Source: a virus. From it: DNA of 64,000 bases. Position numbers and translations under genes: made by a program. The notes beneath the pieces were generated by a model, which did not search any database, had not been told where the DNA came from, and worked only from the letters and a program-made list of their open reading frames with translations. Location of the stretch: positions 64,001 through 128,000 of IMG/VR virus record IMGVR_UViG_3300030090_007211, one strand, 5' to 3'. Below are positions 1 to 9,357 of this stretch, one piece after another; the first letter of the stretch is position 1, and every line of letters begins with the position of its first letter.

Positions 1-80
1 ATGGGTATAGGTTCGGTTACTATACCATAATATTGTTTGGTGTGTTGTTTTACTATTCCTTTCTTTTTTAATCCACCCAT
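1..80 (-). CDS. N-terminal fragment of a hypothetical protein (runs off window)
   Basis: ATG at 80 reading MGGLKKKGIVKQHTKQYYGIVTEPIP...; ATATTTATA motif just upstream (~94-102). Confidence 0.55.
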   Translation of the reverse strand, partial: MGGLKKKGIVKQHTKQYYGIVTEPIP

Positions 81-136
81 AATTTCCTTTTTATATAAAT
101 ATATGGATAAATAATTAGTTTAGGGATTAAATAGGC

Positions 137-168
137 AAAAAAAACCCCATAATAAAAATTACGGGGTA
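137..168 (-). terminator. Rho-independent terminator
   Basis: Minus strand ACCCCGTAAT-TTTT-ATTATGGGGT followed by T-run, downstream of 194..841. Confidence 0.8.
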
Positions 169-193
169 CCAAATATGAGGGATAAATGGTTTT

Positions 194-841
194 TTATTTT
201 ATCAATTTAGAAAGTTTTTTAATTTCACCTTCAGAAAGACTAATTACGTTACCATTTTTCTTAAAAGTAATTTTTCTACCTTCAGCAAAATGAGTACCTT
301 CTTCGTCTCGGTCTTCATGATCTTCATCATAACCCATATCTTTCTTAAGAGCGTCTAAATGTCTTTCGATTTCTCTTACTCTATCAGCAGGTGCCATTTC
401 TTCTTCATGTTCTAATTCTTCTTCCTCTTTATGGTCATGACCTTCATCATCTCCATAGTTATAAGTTTCTTCACCTTCAGAATCCTCAAAAATTTCATCT
501 TTATCGAATTTTTCAAGACCTTCTTCTGATTCAGGTGCCCCAGCTTCATCAGATGCTCCCGTATCACCAGTTCCAATAACATCGTCTTCATTAACTACGT
601 CACCATGATCTTCTTCATCTTTTTTAAGTGCTTCCGCTGATTCAGGTGCATCTACACCTTCAACATCTTCTTTTTCATCGATGTATTCACCTTCCTTAAT
701 TTCTTTTTCTTTTAATGCTCTAGCTTCTGCCATTTTTTGAGCATTTTCTATTTGAGTCATTGCCTCTTCACCTTCTGCAATTAACTCCAAACCCATAAGT
801 CTTCTCATGGCATTTGTTTCTTTTAATTGTTGTTTTTTCAT
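194..841 (-). CDS. Highly acidic putative internal-head/scaffold-like protein
   Basis: D/E-rich 215 aa; leader LKE..MRRLMGL; C-terminal KKNGNVISLSEGEIKKL motif shared with 848..1243. Confidence 0.6.
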   Translation of the reverse strand: MKKQQLKETNAMRRLMGLELIAEGEEAMTQIENAQKMAEARALKEKEIKEGEYIDEKEDVEGVDAPESAEALKKDEEDHGDVVNEDDVIGTGDTGASDEAGAPESEEGLEKFDKDEIFEDSEGEETYNYGDDEGHDHKEEEELEHEEEMAPADRVREIERHLDALKKDMGYDEDHEDRDEEGTHFAEGRKITFKKNGNVISLSEGEIKKLSKLIK

Positions 842-847
842 AACTTT

Positions 848-1243
848 CTATTTTAAGTCTTTTGATAATTGTTTTGCCTTTTCACCCTCTATTTTGTCCT
901 CAAAGTCTTCAATTTGTTTTTCTAAGAATTCTTCGATTTTATGTAAAGTAGCAATTGATTCTAAATTATACTTAGTGGATTTTAACATATTACTCAAGGT
1001 ACTAAGTTTAGCGATTATAGAGCCCACTTTTACTTTTTTGTCTTCCGCTCTACGAGATTCTCTATCTTCAGTTAAAAATTGATTGATTTTATGTTTATTT
1101 ACAATCTTTTTAATTTCAGATTCTTTTAATGAAATTACTTCACCATCTTTTTTAAACTTAGTTACTTCTTTTTTATTCTGTAGGATTTTTTTTATTTCAC
1201 CTTCAGTTAAAGTAATTGTTTTTCCATTTTTTCTAATTTTCAT
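848..1243 (-). CDS. Hypothetical protein with two K(N/D)G..I.L.E.EIKKI motifs and a coiled coil
   Basis: RKNGKTITLTEGEIKKIL / KKDGEVISLKESEIKKIV; ATATTTATA motif at 1261-1269. Confidence 0.65.
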   Translation of the reverse strand: MKIRKNGKTITLTEGEIKKILQNKKEVTKFKKDGEVISLKESEIKKIVNKHKINQFLTEDRESRRAEDKKVKVGSIIAKLSTLSNMLKSTKYNLESIATLHKIEEFLEKQIEDFEDKIEGEKAKQLSKDLK

Positions 1244-1289
1244 TTTATTAGTTTTTTTTATATAAATATATCATTTTAAATAAAAATTC

Positions 1290-2750
1290 TTATTTAGTGG
1301 TTTTATCTCTTTTTCTCTTTTTACCTTTTCTACCAATCTTAAACCATTTAAACACTTGTTTTATTTTAGATTCATCTCCTTGTGTCATAACTTTAACAAC
1401 ATTTTCACATGCTGGGAAATCTGCTAGGGTTTTAATTTCACCAAAAGTATTAGGTGTTTTTACAATAACTTCTTCCTTCATATTATTAAGGGTAGGTAAA
1501 GTAATAGTTATTTTCCCCACACCTCTATGGCAATCAGAACTAGGATTCCATTTACCTGCCCCTTTGTTAACACATTTAGCACTAATAACCATTTTTCCTT
1601 CATGTTTCCCCACAGTATCTGCATTAAAGAATTCATTATTAACACCATCAATACTTAATAAAAAAGTATTTCTTCTCCCCATTTCGTAGGTACCACCTTT
1701 TTTAGTTTTTTTGGCTTTTTGGTTAGATTTTATAATTTCTGCATCATCATATTTGTCTTTCCAAGGAGATTTATTATTAAGACTTGCATAATTTACTAAA
1801 TCTCCATTTCTATTTTCTCTTTTAAGTTGGTACCCATTTGCAAATACTTCGTAAACTGCGTGATCACAATTATGATCACCTTTATCATATATTACCTCAA
1901 TCACTGAATTATTAAAACACTCGTATAATACTTCTGTCTGTTCATCATCATTAGTGTCATCATCATTAGTGTCATCATCATTAGTGTCATCATCATTAGT
2001 ATTATCGTCATTAGTGTCATCATCATTGGTATTATCATCATTAGTGTCATCATCTTGCGTTTGATCTAAAATAGGGTCATAACAAAGAGTGATAATAATA
2101 TTAACAATTTGACCTGGTTTAAAAGTTTCACCACTAGGAATCTTCCAACCAGTAGTATTTACATCATTAGTGCCGCCAGTATCGATAACAAATCCTTCTG
2201 CTTTATTTAAAGTATCTTGTAATACCCCTTCTTTAAATTTAACATTAATAGTAGATAACCCTTCTTTTCCACCAAGTTGTGCTGCAACTCCTTTAGCTCT
2301 ATTTTTCGCCAATTCTTTATTCTTAGTGTATTCGGGAGAGTTTTTATCTTTTGTATATTTTTTAGCTTCCGGTGCTGTGGCATTAAATGGTGTTTTTCTA
2401 TCATTTTTTAAATCAGGAACTACTGAATATTTACGCCAAAAATTACTAGCACCCCCCATTACTTTAAATTCTGTTACATATACTAAATTTTCTTTAACTT
2501 TAGAAGATAAAGTAACATCATTTTTAATGGTACTTTTTACTTTTTCAATAAATCCTTTAAAAGAGTTGGATTTCTCTGCATTTTGTATGGGGAACGTCCC
2601 TGTATAACTTATAGTTTTACAGACAGGTTTCTTCTCAACTTTAGTTTCTTCTTGTTCTCTAATAATCGGATTTTTATATTGTCCATTTTTATAAGACATT
2701 AAACCCTGCATTCTTTGAATCTCCTCAATTAAGGTTTGTTTCTTTTTCAT
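1290..2750 (-). CDS. Putative virion cargo protein with LIEE/IIRE leader and DDxTN repeat linker
   Basis: 486-aa ORF; MKKKQTLIEEIQRMQGLM...IIREQEE; two Cys-containing regions joined by (DDDTN/DDNTN)n. Confidence 0.65.
   Translation of the reverse strand: MKKKQTLIEEIQRMQGLMSYKNGQYKNPIIREQEETKVEKKPVCKTISYTGTFPIQNAEKSNSFKGFIEKVKSTIKNDVTLSSKVKENLVYVTEFKVMGGASNFWRKYSVVPDLKNDRKTPFNATAPEAKKYTKDKNSPEYTKNKELAKNRAKGVAAQLGGKEGLSTINVKFKEGVLQDTLNKAEGFVIDTGGTNDVNTTGWKIPSGETFKPGQIVNIIITLCYDPILDQTQDDDTNDDNTNDDDTNDDNTNDDDTNDDDTNDDDTNDDEQTEVLYECFNNSVIEVIYDKGDHNCDHAVYEVFANGYQLKRENRNGDLVNYASLNNKSPWKDKYDDAEIIKSNQKAKKTKKGGTYEMGRRNTFLLSIDGVNNEFFNADTVGKHEGKMVISAKCVNKGAGKWNPSSDCHRGVGKITITLPTLNNMKEEVIVKTPNTFGEIKTLADFPACENVVKVMTQGDESKIKQVFKWFKIGRKGKKRKRDKTTK
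1942..2054 (-). repeat. 15-bp tandem repeat encoding DD(D/N)TN x~7
   Basis: tcatcatcattagtg units seen directly. Confidence 0.9.
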
Positions 2751-2805
2751 AAATTTTATTTATATTAATAAATATCTATTTTTTAATAAAAAAAACCTTT
2801 ATTTA

Positions 2806-2837
2806 TTTGGTAAATTGCGTTTTTTATTGTATATTTG
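2806..2837 (+). promoter_or_regulatory. Bacteroidota sigma-A-type promoter (-33 TTTG / -7 TATATTTG)
   Basis: TTTG-N20-TATATTTG upstream of ATG 2853. Confidence 0.8.
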
Positions 2838-2852
2838 TATAAATCAAACACT

Positions 2853-3455
2853 ATGAAAAAGTTAATTACCATATTATTAGTATTCTTAAATGTAGGAATT
2901 TTCGCACAAATAAATGATTCTATTGTTAATGCGTATTATGACACTATTGTTCATTATACTGAATTTTCTAATAATAGATGGGAAAAACAAACATATGATG
3001 ATAATATTAAATTATATGTAACAGGAGATAAAGAAGATTATTTAATGGAGGAATTAAGCATCATCATTAATGATTTAAATGAATTAATTTACCCATTAAC
3101 TATCACTATTACTTATGATTCACTGGAACATAATATGTTACTGTTTATGGGGGAGCGCAAAGATTTTAGAAAAATTTGTAATGAGGTTGATAGAATTGAT
3201 TATAAGATACGTGGGTATGGTGTCACTTATACTTTATGGGGAACCACAATAACTAAGTCTAAATGTTTTGTAGAAACTAAAGGTAGTAGTCAAAAATTCA
3301 AAAAACATACATTAAGAGAAGAAATAACCCAATGTTTAGGTTTCCATAATGATACTCAACAATATGAAAATAGTATTTTTTATCAAGGTTATTCTATAAC
3401 TAATGAATTTTCAGAATTAGATAAAGCAATTATTAGAAAACATTATAGTAATTAG
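2853..3455 (+). CDS. Secreted DUF2927-like protein (zincin-like)
   Basis: Signal peptide MKKLITILLVFLNVGIFA; REEITQCLGFHND..S.FY..FSELD motif; start moved from 2835 to the ATG downstream of the promoter. Confidence 0.65.
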   Translation: MKKLITILLVFLNVGIFAQINDSIVNAYYDTIVHYTEFSNNRWEKQTYDDNIKLYVTGDKEDYLMEELSIIINDLNELIYPLTITITYDSLEHNMLLFMGERKDFRKICNEVDRIDYKIRGYGVTYTLWGTTITKSKCFVETKGSSQKFKKHTLREEITQCLGFHNDTQQYENSIFYQGYSITNEFSELDKAIIRKHYSN

Positions 3456-3667
3456 TTTATTTTTTTTAATTCTGAAAGAGGTACAGGTTTAATCAAATGG
3501 GTTCCAATACTGAAGTTTTGTTTTAGCATAGCACCACCCTTTACAATATCAACAATAAAATAAGTAGAGTGCCACCATTTTACTAAGTCCCCAATTTTTA
3601 ATTCTTCTTCCATAAAAGTAATATACCATTATAAATACGATACCCATAAAAACAAATGATAAAATAA

Positions 3668-3698
3668 TTTGTTTTTTAATTTTTTTTTATTATATTTG
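3668..3698 (+). promoter_or_regulatory. Bacteroidota-type promoter
   Basis: TTTG-N19-TATATTTG. Confidence 0.75.
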
Positions 3699-3715
3699 TT
3701 GTATAAAGAACTTTT

Positions 3716-3844
3716 ATGAAAAAAATGAAATTATATCTGATAATAATCACAATTTTAATATTAACAGGGTGTGCGTCTAGTGCTCATTGTGATGCCTATG
3801 GTGACAATACACACCCACAAAACTTAGAAAGAAATGATTCTTAA
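3716..3844 (+). CDS. Small lipoprotein, 42 aa (not in ORF track)
   Basis: MKKMKLYLIIITILILTG-CASSAHCDAYG...; lipobox-like LTGC; directly after promoter. Confidence 0.65.
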   Translation: MKKMKLYLIIITILILTGCASSAHCDAYGDNTHPQNLERNDS

Positions 3845-4088
3845 TGACATATGTGAAATAAGAAAAGATTTTAGGGGTGCTGATTTCTGGTTGAAAACTG
3901 ATCCTATAGAAAAAGGTAAACCGACAAAAACTTACCATAAAGATTATATTGGTGTGAAAGTCCAAAGAGAAGATATTTTATTACCTGATTATCTTTTTTA
4001 TTTATTAACGTATCAATATAGTATGGGGGTGTTTAAAAATTTTGATATTAACACCATTAATGATATACAATTAACTTTAACAAATTAA
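3834..4088 (+). CDS. Hypothetical phage protein
   Basis: 84 aa, ADFWL..GKP..IGVKV..LLPDYLFY; operon position. Confidence 0.6.
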   Translation: MILNDICEIRKDFRGADFWLKTDPIEKGKPTKTYHKDYIGVKVQREDILLPDYLFYLLTYQYSMGVFKNFDINTINDIQLTLTN

Positions 4089-4092
4089 AATT

Positions 4093-4356
4093 ATGAGTAG
4101 TAGACTTTTAGAAGGAATAATAGAATATTATGAAGAGGAAGAAATTCTAATGGCCAATGGTTTTGATGAGGCAGTAATTGGTATTGATGATAAAACTATG
4201 CGATTAATCTATTCGGTAACTAAATGTATAGAAATATTAATGGTCGAGATGGAAATGGATATAGAAGAAGCCGTAGAATTCTTTGAGTTTAACGTTAAAG
4301 GATCGGAATTGGGTGATAAAACACCAATATGGTGTGAAGATATGTTAATACAATAA
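4093..4356 (+). CDS. Conserved hypothetical phage protein
   Basis: GFDEAVIG..RLIYS..KCIEIL..EEAVEFFEFN motif that I recall from phage ORFs. Confidence 0.7.
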   Translation: MSSRLLEGIIEYYEEEEILMANGFDEAVIGIDDKTMRLIYSVTKCIEILMVEMEMDIEEAVEFFEFNVKGSELGDKTPIWCEDMLIQ

Positions 4357-4358
4357 TA

Positions 4359-5753
4359 TTAAGTATGTCTCTTTTTTAACGTCTTATCCAGACGTTTAAA
4401 TTCATTTATTAAATAAGAAGTGAATTTCATATAGACATATTCTCTTTCCAAAGGGTTAAGACCATATACATCTTCCATTTCTTTTTTAAATGAATCTTTA
4501 AAACCAAACCCTGATTCTATATTTTTACCAAACCATTCTATAACCCAATTATTACCCCCAGTAAATGGTACCTTTGCAATATAAAAGTTTGTCCACCCAT
4601 TAAAGGCAGTCTGTTTAATAAAAGTAGTGTAGTGTTTAAGTTTATCCACAACTTTATCCAGATAAGGTTTATTCTTCTCTATCATATCCACAGATTCATT
4701 TAGATAACTCAAATTCAACCTTTTAATATGTGGTGGTAAATATTCTTTCTTACTGATTAACATATAAATTATATGTTCCCCATACCACTCCCAAAAAAAT
4801 CTATCCATTTCAGAATAGGTTAAACCATAAACATTCGTTAATAAATCTTCTATGCAAGGAGGAATGACATAAAAATATGCCCCTGAGGATCCCCACTCTA
4901 TATAGGAATTAATTTTATTACACACACCATCTACATCAATTTCTCTATAACTATCATCTCTCCATTTGGTTTTTTTAACTAAATTTCTATATACCTTTTC
5001 CCTATAATTTTTTGATTTTTCTTCTCTGGTTGATTCATTTAAATTAAATGTTTGATTATCACTACCCTCCCAGTTTAAAGCCCTATGTAAAACATTTTTT
5101 ATCACCTTATCATTAATTTCTTTATAGATAGGATCATCTGCCTGAGTAATCCCAAAACCTAATATTTTTTTAATGTATTGTCGACCCATTTTTCTTATGT
5201 CCTGTTCTAAGTGATGTCGACCCATACTTTTATCATTATGGATCCATTCTGAAAATACATCTAAATGGATAGGGGCGTGTCGACTATCGCTAGAATATAC
5301 TGGAGGGAGAAAATATAATTGTTCCCTATCTGCGTCAATTACAGTAGAATTTATAATTTCTTGTGCAATTTTTTCCACTAACTTTCTCTGATTGGTAGAC
5401 TCATCTAACCGATTAACATCCTTACTATCCTTAAACTCATCAGAAATATGATAACTATTCTCATTATTATCATACTCTCTAATTTTATTTCTATAGTAAT
5501 TCCACACCCTCTCTGCCTCATCAGTCCCTAAACCAAATATCTCTTCTAGGTAATCTTTTAACTCCCCCAAAAAATTATGATAAAGGGTGAAGTCCATAGA
5601 AGATCTAATTGCAACCCCACGAACAAATACCGGACTTACAATAGCATCAAGGTTTCTATCATATAAGGTATTCTTATATAGGTGATCAGCAATCTTATTT
5701 AAATGATTGTATGACTGATTTGTAGATTCACTTAATATATTGTCCTTCTCCAT
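4359..5753 (-). CDS. Polyprotein of four 'YG..E..W..Y' helical domains separated by LSES/LDES/LNES/LNES
   Basis: Internal repeats visible in translation; ATATTTATA motif at 5760-5768. Confidence 0.75.
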   Translation of the reverse strand: MEKDNILSESTNQSYNHLNKIADHLYKNTLYDRNLDAIVSPVFVRGVAIRSSMDFTLYHNFLGELKDYLEEIFGLGTDEAERVWNYYRNKIREYDNNENSYHISDEFKDSKDVNRLDESTNQRKLVEKIAQEIINSTVIDADREQLYFLPPVYSSDSRHAPIHLDVFSEWIHNDKSMGRHHLEQDIRKMGRQYIKKILGFGITQADDPIYKEINDKVIKNVLHRALNWEGSDNQTFNLNESTREEKSKNYREKVYRNLVKKTKWRDDSYREIDVDGVCNKINSYIEWGSSGAYFYVIPPCIEDLLTNVYGLTYSEMDRFFWEWYGEHIIYMLISKKEYLPPHIKRLNLSYLNESVDMIEKNKPYLDKVVDKLKHYTTFIKQTAFNGWTNFYIAKVPFTGGNNWVIEWFGKNIESGFGFKDSFKKEMEDVYGLNPLEREYVYMKFTSYLINEFKRLDKTLKKRHT

Positions 5754-5786
5754 TATAGTTATAAATATTCCCTATTACGAATAAGC

Positions 5787-5816
5787 ATAAAAAACCCCTC
5801 ATTTAAATGAAGGGTT
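5787..5816 (-). terminator. Rho-independent terminator
   Basis: AACCCTTCATTTAAATGAGGGGTT + T-run on minus strand. Confidence 0.75.
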
Positions 5817-5830
5817 AGTTATAATATTTT

Positions 5831-6145
5831 TTAATCTTTTAAAGTAATATTGTATTTTGCAAAACTACCTTCAGTAACTTGTTCTAAAGGGGATTCTCCC
5901 TCACCTTCAGCACCATCACCAAAATCCTCTTGTTCTTCAACAACATCATTAACTTCTTCACCAGTACCTTCCTCTTCTACTTCTTCCGCTTCAGTAGTTT
6001 CAGTAATTTCTTCTTCTTGAATAGTTAATCCTCCGTTATTCGCAAACCCTAATGAAAAACCTGCATGATTTTCTTCTATGATTCCAAGATTTTTCTTATT
6101 AGCCTCTTGAATAGCTTGTCTCTTTAATTTTCCTAATCTTCCCAT
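5831..6145 (-). CDS. Acidic protein with 'GRLGKLKRQ.I.EANK' leader
   Basis: Leader shared with 6161, 8888, 14318, 15172. Confidence 0.7.
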   Translation of the reverse strand: MGRLGKLKRQAIQEANKKNLGIIEENHAGFSLGFANNGGLTIQEEEITETTEAEEVEEEGTGEEVNDVVEEQEDFGDGAEGEGESPLEQVTEGSFAKYNITLKD

Positions 6146-6160
6146 AATTTCTTTTATTTA

Positions 6161-7039
6161 TTATTTTGTTTTATTTTTTACCCAATCGAAATAAAGTTTT
6201 TCATTCCTAGTGAATATTGAACAATTATTTTTAACACAATTGTCTTCGAATTTCTTCTTTGCCCAATATTCTGGACCACCTCCCGCAACTTGAGCGCCAC
6301 CCCATACATATTTAGGGCATCCTGCACATTTACCTTTACGTTTGTCAGGGAAAGTAATTGGTGGAAGTCCTTTAATTTTTTTAATACAATTTAAAAATTG
6401 TTCCCATTTATTATTGGTACTAATCAGACCAGGATATTCAAACGAAACATAACGAATACATTTAACAATGGATCCACATTGTTTATCACTTACTTTATCT
6501 ACAATGTCTACTATTTCAATATCGTCTATTATATCACCAGCATTAGGTAGATCACCAATAGGTTCACCTACACCTCTCTTTTGATCTTTTTTTATGTCAT
6601 CACATTGACATTTTTTACACATTCCTGAATCTGCAGCATTAATAGTAAATAAATCTGTGTTTCTTAATACCTCACACATTTTATTTAAGGTATCTGGACC
6701 AACTATTCCATCTACACTTAATTTATATTTACTTTGGAATTCTTTTACTGCATCTTTAGTATGGTTACGAAATTTACCATCACAATATTGCCATTTCTGA
6801 CTACAATTATCATTCATCCCCCCACCTTCGTATTTGGGATTAAAATCATTATTTCCTAATACAAATTGTATGAATTTTACTATGTCTCCTGATGAACCAT
6901 TTTTTGCGTGTTTAATATTACATTTAATTAAACACCAGTCTCTATCATTTTTCCCTATGATTCCTGTTACAACCTCGTTAAGGACTCTCTTATTAGCCTC
7001 TTCGATTAATTGTCTTTTAATTTTTTCTATTCTTCCCAC
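6161..7039 (-). CDS. Peptidoglycan-binding domain protein, Cys-rich, with shared leader
   Basis: VKEFQSKYKLSVDGIVGPDT (PG_binding_1-like); likely GTG start at 7039 giving MGRIEKIKRQLIEEANKRVLNE, downstream of ATATTTATA at ~7055-7063. Confidence 0.75.
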   Translation of the reverse strand: MGRIEKIKRQLIEEANKRVLNEVVTGIIGKNDRDWCLIKCNIKHAKNGSSGDIVKFIQFVLGNNDFNPKYEGGGMNDNCSQKWQYCDGKFRNHTKDAVKEFQSKYKLSVDGIVGPDTLNKMCEVLRNTDLFTINAADSGMCKKCQCDDIKKDQKRGVGEPIGDLPNAGDIIDDIEIVDIVDKVSDKQCGSIVKCIRYVSFEYPGLISTNNKWEQFLNCIKKIKGLPPITFPDKRKGKCAGCPKYVWGGAQVAGGGPEYWAKKKFEDNCVKNNCSIFTRNEKLYFDWVKNKTK

Positions 7040-7087
7040 AATATTATTTTTATATATAAATATAAGGAACAATTAAAAAAAAATAGT

Positions 7088-7126
7088 AAAGAGGGGGCTG
7101 GGGGTGATTTAGACGATTCAGTCGGG
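7088..7126. repeat. G-rich ~40-bp dispersed repeat, copy 1
   Basis: aaagagggggctgggggtgatttagacgattcagtcggg. Confidence 0.85.
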
Positions 7127-7133
7127 TACCCTA

Positions 7134-7508
7134 TCACCATGGCATTACATCAGCATCCCAGTTTACCACTTGTCTTCCATAAGTAATGATATCCATTTGT
7201 ATTTTATCCTGTAAGGCACTATAATAATTTTTCCACACATAAGGAAGCTCTTCTCTTATTACCCCATACCTCTCATAACAATACCTATCAAATAGATGAT
7301 TTATAATAGTCTCTTCAGTGGCATGGGGAAGTGTTAATTTAACTTCTTTTAATAGCGACCTAAGATTACAATTAACAAAAGGAAATTTTATTAATACTGT
7401 CCCCCCATAAATCCCTTTACACATGAAACTCATCTCAACCTCCTTATCTATAGGAGTATCCTCAATGAGCCACTCAACAACCTTATCCAAAAACTCTTTA
7501 TTCATCAC
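7134..7508 (-). CDS. Stand-alone 'YG..E..W..Y' family protein
   Basis: FLDKVVEWLIEDT..FPF..FDRYCYERYGVIREELPYVWKNY. Confidence 0.75.
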   Translation of the reverse strand: MMNKEFLDKVVEWLIEDTPIDKEVEMSFMCKGIYGGTVLIKFPFVNCNLRSLLKEVKLTLPHATEETIINHLFDRYCYERYGVIREELPYVWKNYYSALQDKIQMDIITYGRQVVNWDADVMPW

Positions 7509-7849
7509 TCACCGCCTTCCCCCATAAATATAGAACGCTGTTTCATAAGGATAATTTGTAGTGTATAGACAACATGAAATGTTTCTTCTGGGGTTAACCC
7601 AAACATGTCTGTAATATTTTTACTTAACTGTGGTAGGTGAAGTGCTACCATGGTCACAGTTGAGGGTTCATCAAAAGGATTAAGACTACCATTAACCTTA
7701 CCATTTTTATCTACGGGATTCTCCTGAAGTAGTCGATCAATAATCTTTTGGCAATAAGGGATGTTTATACAACCTTTCTTAAAGTCCATGTATAACTTTT
7801 TCTGTACGTTGTTGGGTACAATTAGATGGCACGATCTTCTAATTTTCAT
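7505..7849 (-). CDS. Divergent 'YG..E' family protein
   Basis: YCQKIIDRLLQE..NPF..ITDMFGLTPEE. Confidence 0.55.
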   Translation of the reverse strand: MKIRRSCHLIVPNNVQKKLYMDFKKGCINIPYCQKIIDRLLQENPVDKNGKVNGSLNPFDEPSTVTMVALHLPQLSKNITDMFGLTPEETFHVVYTLQIILMKQRSIFMGEGGE

Positions 7850-7855
7850 CTTCTT

Positions 7856-8119
7856 TTAGTTATTAAGGTAAATATTAAGTCCAATATAGGTGTAAAATAA
7901 AAATGCAATCATGTAAGAAAGTGAGGGAGGGTATAGATTGTCAATATAATTATTAAGTTCTACATTATTATCCCAATCTTCTTTTGTTGTCATACTAAAT
8001 TCAGTTATACCTGTCTCCTTAATTACTTTTACCAGAATATATATAAGACTCATCATTCTGAAAGGGAAGTTGGGTATCTCAATTATCCAGTTTACTATTT
8101 TTCTAATTATTTTTTTCAT
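7856..8119 (-). CDS. Small membrane protein
   Basis: 87 aa, hydrophobic C-terminus. Confidence 0.6.
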   Translation of the reverse strand: MKKIIRKIVNWIIEIPNFPFRMMSLIYILVKVIKETGITEFSMTTKEDWDNNVELNNYIDNLYPPSLSYMIAFLFYTYIGLNIYLNN

Positions 8120-8244
8120 CTTTGTTTTAGTTTTTGTTTAATCCTTTTTTTCAACTCATAGGTTTTTCTGGTTGACCAACCAGCCCAAAACCATAAAATA
8201 AATCCTATGTAATACACCCAAGGTGTTAATAATTCTTCACTCAT
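8116..8244 (-). CDS. Small membrane protein (not in track)
   Basis: MSEELLTPWVYYIGFILWFWAGWSTRKTYELKKRIKQKLKQR; ATGA-coupled to 7856..8119. Confidence 0.55.
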   Translation of the reverse strand: MSEELLTPWVYYIGFILWFWAGWSTRKTYELKKRIKQKLKQR

Positions 8245-8255
8245 CTTCTTTTGGT

Positions 8256-8372
8256 TTATAGTTTAATTATAAATGTTATTAAAATACTTATGAGAATTCC
8301 TATAATAATACCAATAGTAATTCCTCTTGATAAAGCCCAGTTCATATCTCTAATATAATCTTCGTCTCTCAT
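8256..8372 (-). CDS. Small single-TM protein (not in track)
   Basis: MRDEDYIRDMNWALSRGITIGIIIGILISILITFIIKL. Confidence 0.5.
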   Translation of the reverse strand: MRDEDYIRDMNWALSRGITIGIIIGILISILITFIIKL

Positions 8373-8386
8373 CTTTGTTTTTTTAT

Positions 8387-8424
8387 AAAGAGGGGGCTGG
8401 GGGAGATTCCGACAATTCGGTCGA
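8387..8424. repeat. G-rich dispersed repeat, copy 2
   Basis: aaagagggggctgggggagattccgacaattcggtcga. Confidence 0.85.
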
Positions 8425-8550
8425 TCAACTCCATGTCTCTTTTAATTTGTAAGGGGTAAGAAGGAGAGCAGGTTTATATTACTCTCCTTAAAAAATTCAG
8501 ATACGATTTTTAGACTTTCTAAATAATCATTCCGATAATTGTTGTCAAAA

Positions 8551-8582
8551 CAAATATAGGGATAAAATATTAAATAACCAAA
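8551..8582 (-). promoter_or_regulatory. Bacteroidota-type promoter
   Basis: Minus strand TTTG-N20-TATATTTG. Confidence 0.75.
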
Positions 8583-8888
8583 TTAATTTGCTAATTTTTT
8601 CAGTTTGTCGTAAACTATAGTCTTGTATACGTCTACAAGGTCATACATTTCATGTTCAGCCACACCATATAATTTGTTTACATAATATGTTAAATCATTT
8701 CGTATAACTGCGTTACCATGTTCCAAAGTACCTACATAGTAAATGTCTTCACTATCTAGAAAAGGATAAATCAAACCATACGCACCATATTCGTACCTAT
8801 CATATACCTTATTACTTAAAGGGACAATTTTAGTGTGTGATGCCAGATGTTTAGCAACCTTTAAAATATATTTTTCTTTTTTATTCAT
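8583..8888 (-). CDS. Stand-alone 'YG..E' family protein
   Basis: KYILKVAKHLASHT..YPF..YYVNKLYGVAEHEMYDLVDVY. Confidence 0.75.
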   Translation of the reverse strand: MNKKEKYILKVAKHLASHTKIVPLSNKVYDRYEYGAYGLIYPFLDSEDIYYVGTLEHGNAVIRNDLTYYVNKLYGVAEHEMYDLVDVYKTIVYDKLKKLAN

Positions 8889-9319
8889 TAATGTGCTGAG
8901 TTAAATGATAAAGGAATGGTTACCCCTGCACTAATAACACTACTAGGGATAGTAGGGGTGTTATGATGAGAATCATGATGGCCCAATGATCCTTCCAGAT
9001 CTAATTTAATATCATGATGTTTACCAAGATGGGGAAACTGCAATGAAAGGTGTTTAGAATGAGGATTATAATGTGCGTGTACATTGTGTGCCAAAGAATC
9101 CATAATACTCTTTTCATCCGAATGTATATCTAAAGATAAAGAATGTTTTAATTTCTCATCTTTATGGATCTTCTCTATTATCTCGTCCATATCATGATTA
9201 CTTAAATGTAATATATCTGATTTTAACTTTCCTATTCTTTCTTCAGAATCAGATTGTTCTAATAATCTCTTATTAGCGTCTTCTATTAATAACCTTTTAA
9301 TTTTTGCAATCCTTCCCAT
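8888..9319 (-). CDS. His-rich protein with shared leader
   Basis: MGRIAKIKRLLIEDANKRLLEQ leader; 18 His in 143 aa; ATATTTATA at 9336-9344. Confidence 0.7.
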   Translation of the reverse strand: MGRIAKIKRLLIEDANKRLLEQSDSEERIGKLKSDILHLSNHDMDEIIEKIHKDEKLKHSLSLDIHSDEKSIMDSLAHNVHAHYNPHSKHLSLQFPHLGKHHDIKLDLEGSLGHHDSHHNTPTIPSSVISAGVTIPLSFNSAH

Positions 9320-9357
9320 TATATTTAATTTATTATATAAATATACCCACCAAAAGA

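Noticed and set aside
1942-2054. Tandem repeat as CRISPR
   Set aside because: Contiguous in-frame 15-bp coding units with no spacers.
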